Shown here piece after piece: positions 19,365 through 29,378 of a DNA stretch of 64,000 nucleotides. Both the position numbers and the translations under genes were made by a program. Positions within the stretch are counted from its first letter, which is position 1; each line of letters opens with the position of its first letter. The stretch comes from an uncultured Selenomonadaceae bacterium (lineage in GTDB: Bacteria; Bacillota; Negativicutes; Selenomonadales; Selenomonadaceae): NCBI GenBank assembly GCA_905234175.1, contig CAJOGX010000005.1, positions 785 through 64,784 on the forward strand. The letters run 5' to 3'. The notes below the pieces were generated by a model that did not search any database, was not told the origin of the DNA, and saw only the letters and a list, made by a program, of their open reading frames with translations.

Positions 19365-20696
19365 ATGGCTGAACAGAAATTAAATCGCGGGCTGAAAAAT
19401 CGTCACCTGCAAATGATAGCGCTTGGCACGGCGGTCGGCACGGGCTTGTTTTACGGCTCGACTTCGACGATAGCAATGGCGGGGCCGGCGGTATCGCTGA
19501 GCTATCTTATCGGCGGAATAATAATTTTTCTGATTGTGCGAATGCTGGGCGAAATGTCGGTTGAGGAGCCGGTTTCGGGCTCGTTCAGCTACTACGCCGG
19601 AAAATATTGGGGCAAGTTCCCAGAATTTTTGGCGGGCTGGAATTATTGGTTTCTCTATATAATCGTGAGCATGGCGGAATTAACCGCCGTGGGAATTTAT
19701 CTGCAGTACTGGCTGCCGGATTTGCCGCAGTGGGTCGGCGCGCTGATTTGCCTCGTGATAATCACGGCGATAAATTTAATCACGGTCTCGGCGTACGGCG
19801 AAATCGAATTCTGGATGGCGCTGATAAAAATTTCGGCGATAATCTTCATGATAGTTTTGGGCTCGTATCTGATTTTCACGGACGCGCGGCCGTTTCCGGA
19901 AAACTTCAGCAACCTCTGGGTGCACGGAGGATTTTTCCCGCACGGCGTCTGGGGAATGATTTTAGCGATGGTGCCGGTGCTCTTCAGTTTCGGCGGAATC
20001 GAGCTGATTGGTATCACTGCCGGCGAGACTGAAAATCCCGACAGCACAATCCCCAGCGCGATTAATCAGGTTATCTATCGCATTCTGATTTTCTACGTCG
20101 GGACGATGGTCGTGCTTATGACTTTGTGGCCGTGGAACGAAGTCGGCACTCAGGCAAGTCCCTTCGTACAGATTTTTGAAAACGTCGGCGTAAAAACTGC
20201 GGCGAACATTTTAAATTTCGTGGTGCTGACTGCGGCGGTCTCGGTCTACAACTCGGCGATTTATTCCAACTCGCGAATGCTCTTCAGCCTCGCAGAAAAT
20301 TCAGCCGCGCCGAAATTTTTAACGAAACTCTCCAGCCACAAAGTTCCCGTCAACGGAATTTTAGTTTCGTCGGGAATAACTTTGCTGGCGGTCGCGCTGA
20401 ACTACGCTTTCCCAGGACAAATTTTCATGTACCTGCTGTCAGTCGTCACCGGCGCCGTCGTCATAAGCTGGGCGATGATTGTTATCACGCATTTGAAGTT
20501 CCGCGCTCACTGCAACAAAGTCGGTATCGTCCCGAAGTTCAAGGCGTTCCTGTACCCTTTCGCAAATTATCTGTGTCTGGCTTTTTTGGCGGGCGTCATA
20601 ATTTTAATGCTGACAATGGAAGAAATGCGCCTCGCCGCTATGATTATGCCAATCTGGCTGGGCGCAATCTGGATGTTTTACAAATATAAAGCTTAA
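19365..20696 (+). CDS. amino acid permease (APC superfamily, AroP/CycA-like)
   Basis: ATG follows GGAGAGG. LNRGLKNRHLQMIALGTAVGTGLFYGS is the signature N-terminus. About 12 TM helices. Confidence 0.88.
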   Translation: MAEQKLNRGLKNRHLQMIALGTAVGTGLFYGSTSTIAMAGPAVSLSYLIGGIIIFLIVRMLGEMSVEEPVSGSFSYYAGKYWGKFPEFLAGWNYWFLYIIVSMAELTAVGIYLQYWLPDLPQWVGALICLVIITAINLITVSAYGEIEFWMALIKISAIIFMIVLGSYLIFTDARPFPENFSNLWVHGGFFPHGVWGMILAMVPVLFSFGGIELIGITAGETENPDSTIPSAINQVIYRILIFYVGTMVVLMTLWPWNEVGTQASPFVQIFENVGVKTAANILNFVVLTAAVSVYNSAIYSNSRMLFSLAENSAAPKFLTKLSSHKVPVNGILVSSGITLLAVALNYAFPGQIFMYLLSVVTGAVVISWAMIVITHLKFRAHCNKVGIVPKFKAFLYPFANYLCLAFLAGVIILMLTMEEMRLAAMIMPIWLGAIWMFYKYKA

Positions 20697-20697
20697 G

Positions 20698-20860
20698 GTT
20701 TTACGGCATTTCTTTTTCAGAAAAAGAAACGCCTGGCAAAGAAAAACTTTCGCCCGTCAGGATTTTTCGCGTTCAGCCTCACTGTTTGCCAGCATTACTT
20801 GCGCGCGCGCAACGTTCCTCTCTCTGCGAGCGTCTACGTCAAAAATTTGTGACGGGCTTT
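20698..20860 (+). repeat. dispersed structured intergenic element, copy B (just after the permease stop)
   Basis: Collinear with 4217-4392. It has the same hairpin with a different loop (tttctttttcagaaaaagaaa), the same ggcaaagaaa, and the same cgcccgtcag...tgacgggc. Confidence 0.8.
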
Positions 20861-20870
20861 AAAAAAATCT

Positions 20871-22328
20871 CTAATTGCTTAGCATTATCACATGCTCGGC
20901 GAAATTTATCACGGCGTCTCGGTGCGTCGCTATTACAATCGTCCTGCGCGACGCAAATTTTTTCAGCACTTTTAAAACGCGCGCTTCGGTTTCCACGTCA
21001 AGACCGGCGGTCGGCTCGTCCAGCAAAATCACCGGCGAATCTTTCAGCAAAGCGCGCACCAGTCCCAGCCGTTGGAGTTGTCCTCGGCTGATTTTTTTTG
21101 TCGAACTTAAGTCCAGCGGCAAATTCAGTTCCGCCAGCAACTCGGCTAAATTTTTCGCGTCAAGCTGTCCGAACATCGAGAAATTTTCCGCCAGCGTCGC
21201 CTCGAACAAATGCGGCGCCTGCGGTACGTACGCAATTTTCGACCATAACGATTCGCGCTGAATTTTCGCCGCCGGTATCCCGCTGAAAAATATTTCCCCG
21301 CGCGTCGGCACTATCAAGCCCGCCAGCAATTTTATCAGCGTCGACTTCCCGCAGCCAGATTCGCCAACCACCGCCGTGATTTTCCCTGCCGGTATTTTCA
21401 GCGACAGATTTTCCAGCACCGGCACTTTTTTATAGGCGAAACTCACGCCCTGCACCAGAATTTCCGGCGGCACCCGCAGCTTTCCAATCGCCGCGCCAGT
21501 TTCTGTCGGCTCCGCTAAAAATATTTTCAGCCGCTCCAACGCCTGCCGCGCCGAAATTAAAACGTGGAACATCACGCCCAACTTCCGAACCGGCGCGAAA
21601 AATTCCGGCGTCACTAAAAGCAGAAACAGCGCCGCTTCAAACTCCACCGCGCCCGAAATTAGCCGCAAGCCCAGCGTCACGGCGACCAGCGCGATTGCCA
21701 GCGTGGTTATCAGCTCCAGCGCGAACGACGACACGAACGCCAGCTTTAAAACTTCCAGCGTCGCCGCCGAGGATTTTTCTGACGTGAATTTCAGCCGCTC
21801 CGCCACCGCGTCAATCCTTCCAAAAATTTTCAGCGTCGTTATCGCAGTCAGAATTTCTTTGAACGCGCCGTTGAGTTTCTGCAGTTCCGCCCATGCCCGC
21901 GCGTTTCGCTCAGCCGTCGCCTTCCCTATCAGAAAAAGCAAGACCGGCGCGACCGGCAGCGTCATCAGCAAAATTGCCGCCGTTATCCAGTCCGTGAAAA
22001 GCGCGCTCAGCCAGAACAGCGGCAGCAGAATCGCCGTCGATAAAATTTGCGGCAGGAGCTTCAAGAAAAATTCGCCGAGCGTTTCCGTTGCGTCGAAGGT
22101 CAGCGTTAAAAGTTCGCCGGTTTGAATTTCTCGCCGGAAAATTTCTGTGTGCAGCTTTTGTCGTACCGCCAGCTGAAATTTCTCCGCCAGCTGTAAAAAT
22201 TTTTTCGCGCAGACCGCTTCGATTGCGAACCGCGCCGCTAAAACTGCGAACGCCGGAAGAATCCGGAACTGCGCCAGAAACTTCGCCGCCAGCAAGACCG
22301 TCGCGCCTTCGATTAGCCTGCACGCCAC
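20871..22328 (-). CDS. ABC transporter, fused permease/ATP-binding protein (CydD/CydC-like half transporter), N-terminus possibly truncated
   Basis: 485 aa. Walker A GESGCGKST, signature ISRGQLQRL, Walker B ILLDEPTAGLD. The TMD looks about 30-40 aa short at its N-terminus. GTG start with a poor RBS. Confidence 0.8.
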   Translation of the reverse strand: MACRLIEGATVLLAAKFLAQFRILPAFAVLAARFAIEAVCAKKFLQLAEKFQLAVRQKLHTEIFRREIQTGELLTLTFDATETLGEFFLKLLPQILSTAILLPLFWLSALFTDWITAAILLMTLPVAPVLLFLIGKATAERNARAWAELQKLNGAFKEILTAITTLKIFGRIDAVAERLKFTSEKSSAATLEVLKLAFVSSFALELITTLAIALVAVTLGLRLISGAVEFEAALFLLLVTPEFFAPVRKLGVMFHVLISARQALERLKIFLAEPTETGAAIGKLRVPPEILVQGVSFAYKKVPVLENLSLKIPAGKITAVVGESGCGKSTLIKLLAGLIVPTRGEIFFSGIPAAKIQRESLWSKIAYVPQAPHLFEATLAENFSMFGQLDAKNLAELLAELNLPLDLSSTKKISRGQLQRLGLVRALLKDSPVILLDEPTAGLDVETEARVLKVLKKFASRRTIVIATHRDAVINFAEHVIMLSN

Positions 22329-22399
22329 AAGTTCGAGGAGCGCTTTTTTATTTTGTGCCAGAAAAATTTTGACCGTGGCAACTCAACTCGTTTTTAAAA

Positions 22400-22429
22400 A
22401 TTATAGCACGGCGGGTAAAACCTTGCCAA
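22400..22429 (-). promoter_or_regulatory. candidate promoter for the ABC gene (TTGGCA - 18 nt - TGcTATAAT)
   Basis: On the minus strand, ttggca is the complement of 22424-22429 and tataat is the complement of 22400-22405. The -35 overlaps the -35 of the divergent ispE promoter. Confidence 0.4.
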
Positions 22430-22451
22430 AGGAAAATTTTGGTGTTACAAT
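22423..22451 (+). promoter_or_regulatory. candidate promoter for ispE (TTGCCA - 17 nt - TGtTACAAT)
   Basis: ttgcca at 22423-22428 and tacaat at 22446-22451 with TG at 22443-22444. It lies 30 nt upstream of the ispE ATG. Confidence 0.55.
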
Positions 22452-22480
22452 TCCCGCGAAAAATCGAAGGAGGGGCGCCA

Positions 22481-23338
22481 ATGGTATGCGAATTTGCGCG
22501 GGCGAAAATCAATCTGACGCTTGACATACTGGGGACGCGCGCCGACGGCTTTCACGAAGTCGAAATGCTCATGCAGTCGCTGGAACTGGCGGACGTGCTC
22601 ACGCTCGAAAAAATTCCGCGCGGCGTCGAACTTAAAGTTACCGGCGGCGAAAACATTCCTGCTGACGAAAAAAATCTGGCGTATCGCGCGGCAGTTGAAG
22701 TTTCCAGCGCGCTCGGTAAAAATCTCGGCGTGGCGATTGACCTTCAGAAAAAAATTCCGGCGGCGGCAGGTCTGGGCGGCGGCTCCAGCGACGCGGCGGC
22801 TGTCATTCGCGGCCTGAACCGCCTGTACAATCTGAATTTGAATCTGAACGAAATGTGTACGATTGGCGCGCGCGTTGGCTCGGACGTTCCTTTCTGCGTT
22901 GTCGGCGGAACGTGCTTAGCGAAAGGGCGCGGCGAAATTCTGACTCAGCTTAAGCCGCTTAAAACTTTCAGTGTGATTCTGATTAAACCGCGCGGCGAAA
23001 TTTCTACTGCCTGGGCGTACAGAACCTACGACGAAAATCCCGCCCGCGTTCACCCGCCGACCGCTGAGATTATCAGTTTGCTCGACGCGGAAAATTATCG
23101 CGCGGCTTTCGGGAAATTTTCAAACGTGCTTGAGCCGGTCGCCGTGAAAAAAATTCCTGCGATTGAGACTTATAAAAAATTTTTGCTGGCAGGCGGCGTC
23201 GAAGTTGCGCAGATGAGCGGCAGTGGTCCAACGGTTTTCGCGCTGGCGGACGAAACTGCGACGAAAAAAGTTGCGGCGGAATTTGACGGCGGCGCGCAGA
23301 TTTTTATTACGAAAACTTTTCAGACAAGGGTTGATTGA
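22481..23338 (+). CDS. ispE: 4-diphosphocytidyl-2-C-methyl-D-erythritol kinase
   Basis: ATG follows GAAGGAGG. AKINLTLDILG and the GHMP kinase motif IPAAAGLGGGSSDAAA are present. Confidence 0.92.
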   Translation: MVCEFARAKINLTLDILGTRADGFHEVEMLMQSLELADVLTLEKIPRGVELKVTGGENIPADEKNLAYRAAVEVSSALGKNLGVAIDLQKKIPAAAGLGGGSSDAAAVIRGLNRLYNLNLNLNEMCTIGARVGSDVPFCVVGGTCLAKGRGEILTQLKPLKTFSVILIKPRGEISTAWAYRTYDENPARVHPPTAEIISLLDAENYRAAFGKFSNVLEPVAVKKIPAIETYKKFLLAGGVEVAQMSGSGPTVFALADETATKKVAAEFDGGAQIFITKTFQTRVD

Positions 23339-23339
23339 C

Positions 23340-24020
23340 ATGGCGAGGTTGCAGCCGATAAATTTTGACACGTATCAGCCGTTGCGCGAGGCGGTCTGCG
23401 AAACGCTAAGGGACGCAATTCGGCGCGGGATTTTGGAGCCAGGCGAAAGACTGATGGAAGTGCAGCTGGCGGAGGAGCTGGGGATAAGCCGGACGCCGGT
23501 GCGCGAGGCGATTCGTAAGCTCGAACAGGAAGGCTATGTTATCATGATGCCGCGCCGTGGCACGTACGTTTCGGACGTTTCTGTCGGGGACGTGAAGGAA
23601 ATTTTTGAAATACGCTCGGCGCTCGAATCGCTTGCCGCAGGTTTAGCCGCGCGCAGAATTGAGCCGGAGGAGCTGGCGACGCTGCAGGATTTGCTGGCGG
23701 AAATTGAAGGCTGCATTGCGAAAAACGACATGGAAAAAATTGTCGAGACGGATATAAAATTTCACGGGCTGCTTTATCAGGTCAGCCGCAACGACCGGCT
23801 AGTAGCGATAATCAGCAATCTCAAGGAACAGCTGGCACGGTTTCGCACGCTGTCAATGTCGTACCCTGGGCGGTTGCAGGAAACGCTGGAGGAACATTCG
23901 GAAATGGTGGAGGCGATAGCAAACGGCGACGTAAGCGCTGCCCGCGACGCCGCTGAACACCACATGGAGCGCGCAGAAAAAACTTTGCTCAAGGCTATGC
24001 GCAAAGCTAAAAAAAATTGA
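23340..24020 (+). CDS. GntR family transcriptional regulator (FadR/FCD subfamily)
   Basis: ATG lies 1 nt after the ispE stop. The wHTH reads LAEELGISRTPVREAIRKLEQEGYV, followed by a helical FCD-like C-terminal domain. Confidence 0.88.
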   Translation: MARLQPINFDTYQPLREAVCETLRDAIRRGILEPGERLMEVQLAEELGISRTPVREAIRKLEQEGYVIMMPRRGTYVSDVSVGDVKEIFEIRSALESLAAGLAARRIEPEELATLQDLLAEIEGCIAKNDMEKIVETDIKFHGLLYQVSRNDRLVAIISNLKEQLARFRTLSMSYPGRLQETLEEHSEMVEAIANGDVSAARDAAEHHMERAEKTLLKAMRKAKKN

Positions 24021-24033
24021 AAGGCTGATTTTC

Positions 24034-24888
24034 ATGAACTGGAAAAAAATCTCGAAGCTCGCGTCAGGTTTTCTTGCGGCAGGAATTTTTATGACGGGCT
24101 GCGGCGGCGGCTCGGAACCTGCGGTAAAAGACCCGCCGACAACTCGAATTGGAATAATTTCCAAGCTGAACGCAACTGAGGAAGCGCTCAACGAACAGAT
24201 GAAAAAGTTGCAGAAAGCGGCGATGCGCAGCGGTCTTCAGCTCACGCACCTTTACACTTATTTCAAGGGCTTGAACGAAATGCAAATGGCGCTCGACGCG
24301 GGGCAGATTGACGAAATCAGCACGTATCGCAGTGTCGCAAATTACATGCTCGCGCGCAATGACAGGCTGGAAATTCTTGACCACACCGTCAACATGTTCG
24401 ATTCTTTCTGCTGCGCCGTCCGCACCGAAGACAAAGCCCTGCACGACGAAATTAACGCGGCGATTCAGGCGATGAACTCTGACGGCACGCTCGACAGCCT
24501 CGTTAAAACTTACATTTCGGACGCGAATTTGAGCGAAGACCCGCCAGCCGTTGCGCTTGAAACTTTTGACGGCGCGGAGACGATTAAAGTTGGCGTGACG
24601 GGCGATTTGCCGCCTTTGGATTTGATTCTTGCTAACGGGCAGCCCGCCGGTTTTAATACTGCTATGATTTCTGAAATTGGGCGGCGCATTGGCAAAAATA
24701 TTGAGCTTGTGCAGATTGACAGCGACGCGCGCGCGGCGGCTCTGACTTCGCGGCAGATTGACGTTGTTTTCTGGGTGACCGTTCCCGATAACGACGTGCT
24801 TGATAAAAACTGGGACAAGCCGGACGAACTCAGCACAACTTTCCCGTACCACCGCGACGAAATTGTTCATGTGGATTTGAAAAAATAA
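24034..24888 (+). CDS. solute-binding lipoprotein (SBP_bac_3 / amino-acid-binding type)
   Basis: Lipobox MTGCGG. IKVGVTGDLPPLD...GFNTAMISEIGRRIG...IDVVFW are typical of family-3 binding proteins. No cognate permease or ATPase is adjacent. Confidence 0.75.
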   Translation: MNWKKISKLASGFLAAGIFMTGCGGGSEPAVKDPPTTRIGIISKLNATEEALNEQMKKLQKAAMRSGLQLTHLYTYFKGLNEMQMALDAGQIDEISTYRSVANYMLARNDRLEILDHTVNMFDSFCCAVRTEDKALHDEINAAIQAMNSDGTLDSLVKTYISDANLSEDPPAVALETFDGAETIKVGVTGDLPPLDLILANGQPAGFNTAMISEIGRRIGKNIELVQIDSDARAAALTSRQIDVVFWVTVPDNDVLDKNWDKPDELSTTFPYHRDEIVHVDLKK

Positions 24889-24901
24889 CTGAAGGGCGGA
24901 T

Positions 24902-26260
24902 TTGAAATTGGAAACGATAATCCTGGCGGCTGGCAAGGGCACGCGAATGAAAAGCAGACTGCCGAAAGTTTTGCACAAAGTCGGCGGCAAGCCAATGCTC
25001 CGGCACGTAATTGACGCGGCGAAATCTGCAGGCTCGACGCGCGAAGTCGTAGTAATAGGCTCCGGCGCGGAACTCGTAACGCAACAAATTTCCGGCGTGG
25101 AATTTGTCACACAGGCTGAACAGCTCGGCACGGGGCACGCGGTACTTTGCGCCAAAGATAAATTTGCAAACTTCACCGGCACGCTAATGGTTCTCTGCGG
25201 AGACACGCCGCTTTTCACTGGCGACCTGCTCAAAAAGTTCGCTGACCACCACAAAAATTCCAAGGCCGCCGCCACGGTTCTTACCGCCGAAATGCCTGAC
25301 GCGACCGGCTACGGCAGGATTATTCGCGAAGACGACGGTACGTTCAAAAAAATCGTCGAGCACAAGGACGCTAACAGTTACGAGCGCCAGATTCGCGAAG
25401 TCAACGCCGGAATTTACTGTTTCGACGCCGCCAAACTTTTCCGCGCGCTCACCGCCGTCAAAAACGAAAACGCGCAGGGCGAATACTATCTGCCCGACGT
25501 GCTCACGATTCTCAAAAACGAAGGCGAAAAAATTTCCGCAGTCACGGCGGACGATTACACTCAAACGCTTGGGATAAATTCCCGCGCGCAGCTCGCTGAG
25601 GCTGATAAAATTCTCCGCCAGCGCAAAAATCTTGAACTCATGAACAGCGGCGTGACGATTGTCGACCCCGCCAGCACGTTCATCGACGCCGAAGTTGAAG
25701 TTGGCATGGACACGATTATTTTCCCGAACACGTACCTTGAAGGCGCGACGAAAATTGGCGAAAACTGCGCGATTGGTCCCAGCGCCCGCCTTACGAATAT
25801 GAAAATTGGCGACGGCGTTCAGGCGCAGTTCTGCTACTGCCACGACGCCGAAATTGGCGACGCCGTTACGCTCGGCCCGTACGTTCACATTCGCCCTGGT
25901 ACGAAAATTTCCAGCCGCGTCAAAATCGGCAACTTCGTCGAAGTCAAAAATTCCAATATCGGCGAAGGCTCCAAGCTCCCGCACCTTCAATACCTCGGCG
26001 ATACCGACATGGGCGCGAATTGCAACGTCGGCTGCGGCAGTGTCACCTGCAACTACGACGGCAAGAAAAAATTTCGCACGACGATTGGCGATAACGTTTT
26101 TGTCGGCTGCAACACCAATCTCGTGGCGCCGGTTACGCTGGGAAATGGCGCGTACACCGCCGCCGGCTCGACGATAACTAAAGACGTTCCCGCTGATAAT
26201 CTGGCTGTCGCGCGCGCAAAACAAACTAATATCGCGGGCTGGAACGATAAGCGCAAATAA
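24902..26260 (+). CDS. glmU: bifunctional UDP-N-acetylglucosamine diphosphorylase / glucosamine-1-phosphate N-acetyltransferase
   Basis: TTG start. ILAAGKGTRMKS and a C-terminal left-handed beta-helix of hexapeptide repeats. Confidence 0.93.
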   Translation: MKLETIILAAGKGTRMKSRLPKVLHKVGGKPMLRHVIDAAKSAGSTREVVVIGSGAELVTQQISGVEFVTQAEQLGTGHAVLCAKDKFANFTGTLMVLCGDTPLFTGDLLKKFADHHKNSKAAATVLTAEMPDATGYGRIIREDDGTFKKIVEHKDANSYERQIREVNAGIYCFDAAKLFRALTAVKNENAQGEYYLPDVLTILKNEGEKISAVTADDYTQTLGINSRAQLAEADKILRQRKNLELMNSGVTIVDPASTFIDAEVEVGMDTIIFPNTYLEGATKIGENCAIGPSARLTNMKIGDGVQAQFCYCHDAEIGDAVTLGPYVHIRPGTKISSRVKIGNFVEVKNSNIGEGSKLPHLQYLGDTDMGANCNVGCGSVTCNYDGKKKFRTTIGDNVFVGCNTNLVAPVTLGNGAYTAAGSTITKDVPADNLAVARAKQTNIAGWNDKRK

Positions 26261-26284
26261 ATTTAAATTGGGGGAATTTCACGA

Positions 26285-27244
26285 ATGGATACAAACATCG
26301 TCAACACGGGCAATCTTTGTTTGATGACGGGCAACGCAAATCCGGAGCTTGCGAAAAAAATTGCTGAGTACATTGGCGTCGACCTTTTCGACACGTACGT
26401 CGGCAAGTTCAACAACGGCGAGACGCAGGTTATGATTGGCGACAGCATTCGCGGCAAGGATATTTTTATCATTCAGCCGACCAGCCAGCCAGTCAACGAT
26501 AATCTCATGGAACTTTTAATCATGACAGACGCCTGTAAGCGCGCCTCTGCGCACAGCATTACGGCGGTTGTTCCGTACTACGCCTACGCGCGGCAGGACA
26601 GGAAAACTCGCGGGCGCGAACCGATTTCCGCAAAGCTCGTCGCGAACTTGATGGTTGCCGCCGGTATGACGCGCGTTCTGACGGTTGACCTGCACGCTGG
26701 GCAGATTCAGGGATTTTTCGACATTCCGGTAGACCACTTAGCGGCGGCGCCGGTTTTCGCGGACTACTTCAACGGGCACGACTTCGGCGGCGAACTGGTT
26801 GTGGTTTCGCCGGATTTGGGCGGCGTCACCCGCGCGAGGATTCTTGCAGATTTTCTCAAGGCGCCAATAGCGATTATCGAGAAGCGGCGTCCGCGTCCAG
26901 GCGAGGCGGAAGTCATGAACATTATCGGCGAAGTCGAAGGCAAAGTTGCGCTGATGATTGACGACATTGTTGACACGGCGGGCAGTCTCTGCGAAGGCGC
27001 GAAGGCTCTCAAAAAGCTCGGCGCAAAATCTGTGCTGGCGGTGTGCTCTCACGCGGTACTCAGCAAAAACGCCGTCGAGAAAGTCAACAACTCCGACATT
27101 GAAAAGCTCGTCATAACCGACACAATCGCGCTGCCGCCGGAAAAAGAATCGCCGAAAATCATCGTGCTGTCAATGGCGAAATCGATTGGCGACGTAATTT
27201 TACGGATACAGGCGCGGCGCTCGGTCAGCCAGCTCTTCAGATAA
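26285..27244 (+). CDS. prs: ribose-phosphate pyrophosphokinase
   Basis: 319 aa. FNNGETQV, YYAYARQDRK, DLHAGQIQGFF and DDIVDTAGS motifs. Confidence 0.94.
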   Translation: MDTNIVNTGNLCLMTGNANPELAKKIAEYIGVDLFDTYVGKFNNGETQVMIGDSIRGKDIFIIQPTSQPVNDNLMELLIMTDACKRASAHSITAVVPYYAYARQDRKTRGREPISAKLVANLMVAAGMTRVLTVDLHAGQIQGFFDIPVDHLAAAPVFADYFNGHDFGGELVVVSPDLGGVTRARILADFLKAPIAIIEKRRPRPGEAEVMNIIGEVEGKVALMIDDIVDTAGSLCEGAKALKKLGAKSVLAVCSHAVLSKNAVEKVNNSDIEKLVITDTIALPPEKESPKIIVLSMAKSIGDVILRIQARRSVSQLFR

Positions 27245-27313
27245 ATTTTGGACACGGTAAAATTTTTGGGCGGCGTAGGTTTATGCCGCTCGTTTTTGTT
27301 AGGAGGAATTTTT

Positions 27314-27541
27314 TTGCTGACGGTTTTAATGGTTTTGGACGCGGTCGTTTCAATTGCGCTGATACTGGCGGTTTTGGGGCAGGAAGCGAAATCCGGCGGA
27401 ATGGGCGGAATGGACGGCTCGTCGGACGCGGTATTTTCTGGGCAGGCGCGCGGAATGGACGCACTTTTGGCGCGCGTGACGGTCGTGCTGGGAATTTTGT
27501 TCGCGGTTATCACGATAATCATTGCGCGCATGACTTCCTGA
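27314..27541 (+). CDS. secG: preprotein translocase subunit SecG
   Basis: TTG lies 7 nt after AGGAGG. 75 aa. Two TM helices flank LGQEAKSGGMGGMDGSS, the SecG loop signature. Confidence 0.8.
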   Translation: MLTVLMVLDAVVSIALILAVLGQEAKSGGMGGMDGSSDAVFSGQARGMDALLARVTVVLGILFAVITIIIARMTS

Positions 27542-27556
27542 CGGGGGCGAAAAATT

Positions 27557-28297
27557 TTGGTAATCGAGGGCGCGGAGCCGTTTCTAATGCGCGGCGGCTC
27601 GACGGGAATTTTGCTGGTGCACGGGTTCACGGGCTCGCCGGCGGAACTTTTACTGCTGGGAGAATTTTTGAATCGCGCGGGCTTCACGGTTTTGGGCGTA
27701 CGGCTGGCGGGGCACGGCACGAACGAACTGGATTTGCAGTTGACGACGCGCTTTGACTGGTTTCGCTCGGTACTGGACGGCTACGCGTTACTTCGGGGAG
27801 TCTGCGAAAAAATTTTCGTCGTGGGACATTCAATGGGCGCGCTGCTGAGTTTGAAACTGGCGACGCTGAAAAAAGTTGACCGGATGGTTGCAATTTCGCC
27901 GCCGATTTTCGTACACGAATCGCAGCACACAGAATTATTGCCGCCGCGCGAAAAATGCGCTGGGCTGTTCGTGAAAAAGTCGCACCGAAAATTAACGAAC
28001 GTGCCGCCCGCCGCGAATCAGACGTATCGGAAAATGCCGCTGCTGGGCGTGCACGAACTTTTGGCGCTGATAGAGGAAGTCAAAAAAATTCTGCCGCAGG
28101 TAAAAGCGCCGTTGCTGATTTTGCACGGGACGGAAGACCACACGGCGAAATTTTCCAGCGCGGAATTTGTGCTGAACGCGGTGGCGTCGGGCGAGAAAAA
28201 ATTTATACCGATAGCGGGCGGCGGGCATTTGATACCGCTGACTGATTGTCGGGAACTGGTTTTCGAGGAAGTTTTGAAATTTTGCTTGAGTGTTTGA
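27557..28297 (+). CDS. est: alpha/beta hydrolase, carboxylesterase Est-like
   Basis: 246 aa. HGFTGSP, nucleophile elbow GHSMGA and GGGH near the C-terminus. The secG-est order is common in Bacillota. Confidence 0.82.
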   Translation: MVIEGAEPFLMRGGSTGILLVHGFTGSPAELLLLGEFLNRAGFTVLGVRLAGHGTNELDLQLTTRFDWFRSVLDGYALLRGVCEKIFVVGHSMGALLSLKLATLKKVDRMVAISPPIFVHESQHTELLPPREKCAGLFVKKSHRKLTNVPPAANQTYRKMPLLGVHELLALIEEVKKILPQVKAPLLILHGTEDHTAKFSSAEFVLNAVASGEKKFIPIAGGGHLIPLTDCRELVFEEVLKFCLSV

Positions 28298-28974
28298 ATT
28301 TTGCTGGCGGCGGCACGGTTATCAACGTCGCGGCGATAATTTTTGGCGGCGTGCTGGGGCTTTTCGGCGGGAAATTTCTGACGGAGCGCATTCAGCAGAC
28401 TTTGCAGATGGCCTGCGCGGTTGTGGTAATTTTTATCGGGATTCAGGGCACGCTGGAAAATTACAGCACGATGCTTTTGATAGCGGCGCTGATTGGCGGC
28501 GGACTGGCGGGCGAAATTATTAACATTGACGGCGCATTTGAAAAATTTGGCGTGTGGTTGCGCGCGAAGTCTGGAAATGACGGCGACGCGAAATTCGTTG
28601 ACGCATTCGTTACGGCGTCGCTGACGGTTTGCATTGGCGCAATGGCGGTAATCGGCGCGATAAACGACCGGCTATTGCACGACCAGACGATTTTGATAGC
28701 GAAGGCGGCGCTGGACGCGATAATAATTTTGATAATGACGGCGAGCCTGGGAAAAGGCTGCATATTTTCCGGCGTCTCGGTAGGAATTTTTCAGGGCGCG
28801 ATAACGGTTTTCGCGGGCTTGCTGGAGCCGTTCATGACGGAACTGGCGCTGAAAAATTTGTCGTGCGTCGGGAGCGCGCTGATATTCTGCGTGGGCGTGA
28901 ATTTGATGTTCGGGCAGAAAATCCGCGTGGCGAATCTGCTGCCGGCGCTGGTGGTTGCGGTTTTGTGGGAGTGA
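28294..28974 (+). CDS. DUF554 family membrane protein
   Basis: The TTG at 28294 overlaps the est stop. GTVINVAAIIFGGVLG is the family N-terminus. The protein is polytopic. Confidence 0.75.
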   Translation: MNFAGGGTVINVAAIIFGGVLGLFGGKFLTERIQQTLQMACAVVVIFIGIQGTLENYSTMLLIAALIGGGLAGEIINIDGAFEKFGVWLRAKSGNDGDAKFVDAFVTASLTVCIGAMAVIGAINDRLLHDQTILIAKAALDAIIILIMTASLGKGCIFSGVSVGIFQGAITVFAGLLEPFMTELALKNLSCVGSALIFCVGVNLMFGQKIRVANLLPALVVAVLWE

Positions 28975-28979
28975 TTGAC

Positions 28980-29378
28980 GTGGCATTTATCGATAATGAT
29001 TATTGTTTTGCGTGCGGCGCGGAAAATCCGATTGGTCTGCACTTGAAATTTGAGCAGGACGGGGAAAAATTTGTAGCGAAAAAAACTCTAGCGCGTGAGT
29101 TTCAGGGCTATGCGAATGTTGCGCACGGTGGAATTGTGACGACGCTGCTTGATGAGGCAATGGGAAATTACGTGCAGACGGTACATCACCAAATGGCGCT
29201 GACGGGGCGAATCGAAGTGCGATACCACTACCCGACGCCGGTTGAGCAGGAGCTGACAATTTCGGCGTGGCAGGAAGCGCAGCGGCGGAATATCGTTGCG
29301 ATGAAGGCGACGGTGCAGACGGCAGACGGGGGCGTTACGGCTGAGGCGACGGCGAAATTCGCGCTGGTAGCGAAGTGA
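28980..29378 (+). CDS. PaaI-family (hotdog fold) thioesterase
   Basis: GTG at 28980 (or 28971). CFACGAENPIGLHLKF...GYANVAHGGIVTTLLDEAMG is the hotdog motif. The upstream part of the track ORF overlaps DUF554 and is spurious. Confidence 0.78.
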   Translation: MAFIDNDYCFACGAENPIGLHLKFEQDGEKFVAKKTLAREFQGYANVAHGGIVTTLLDEAMGNYVQTVHHQMALTGRIEVRYHYPTPVEQELTISAWQEAQRRNIVAMKATVQTADGGVTAEATAKFALVAK

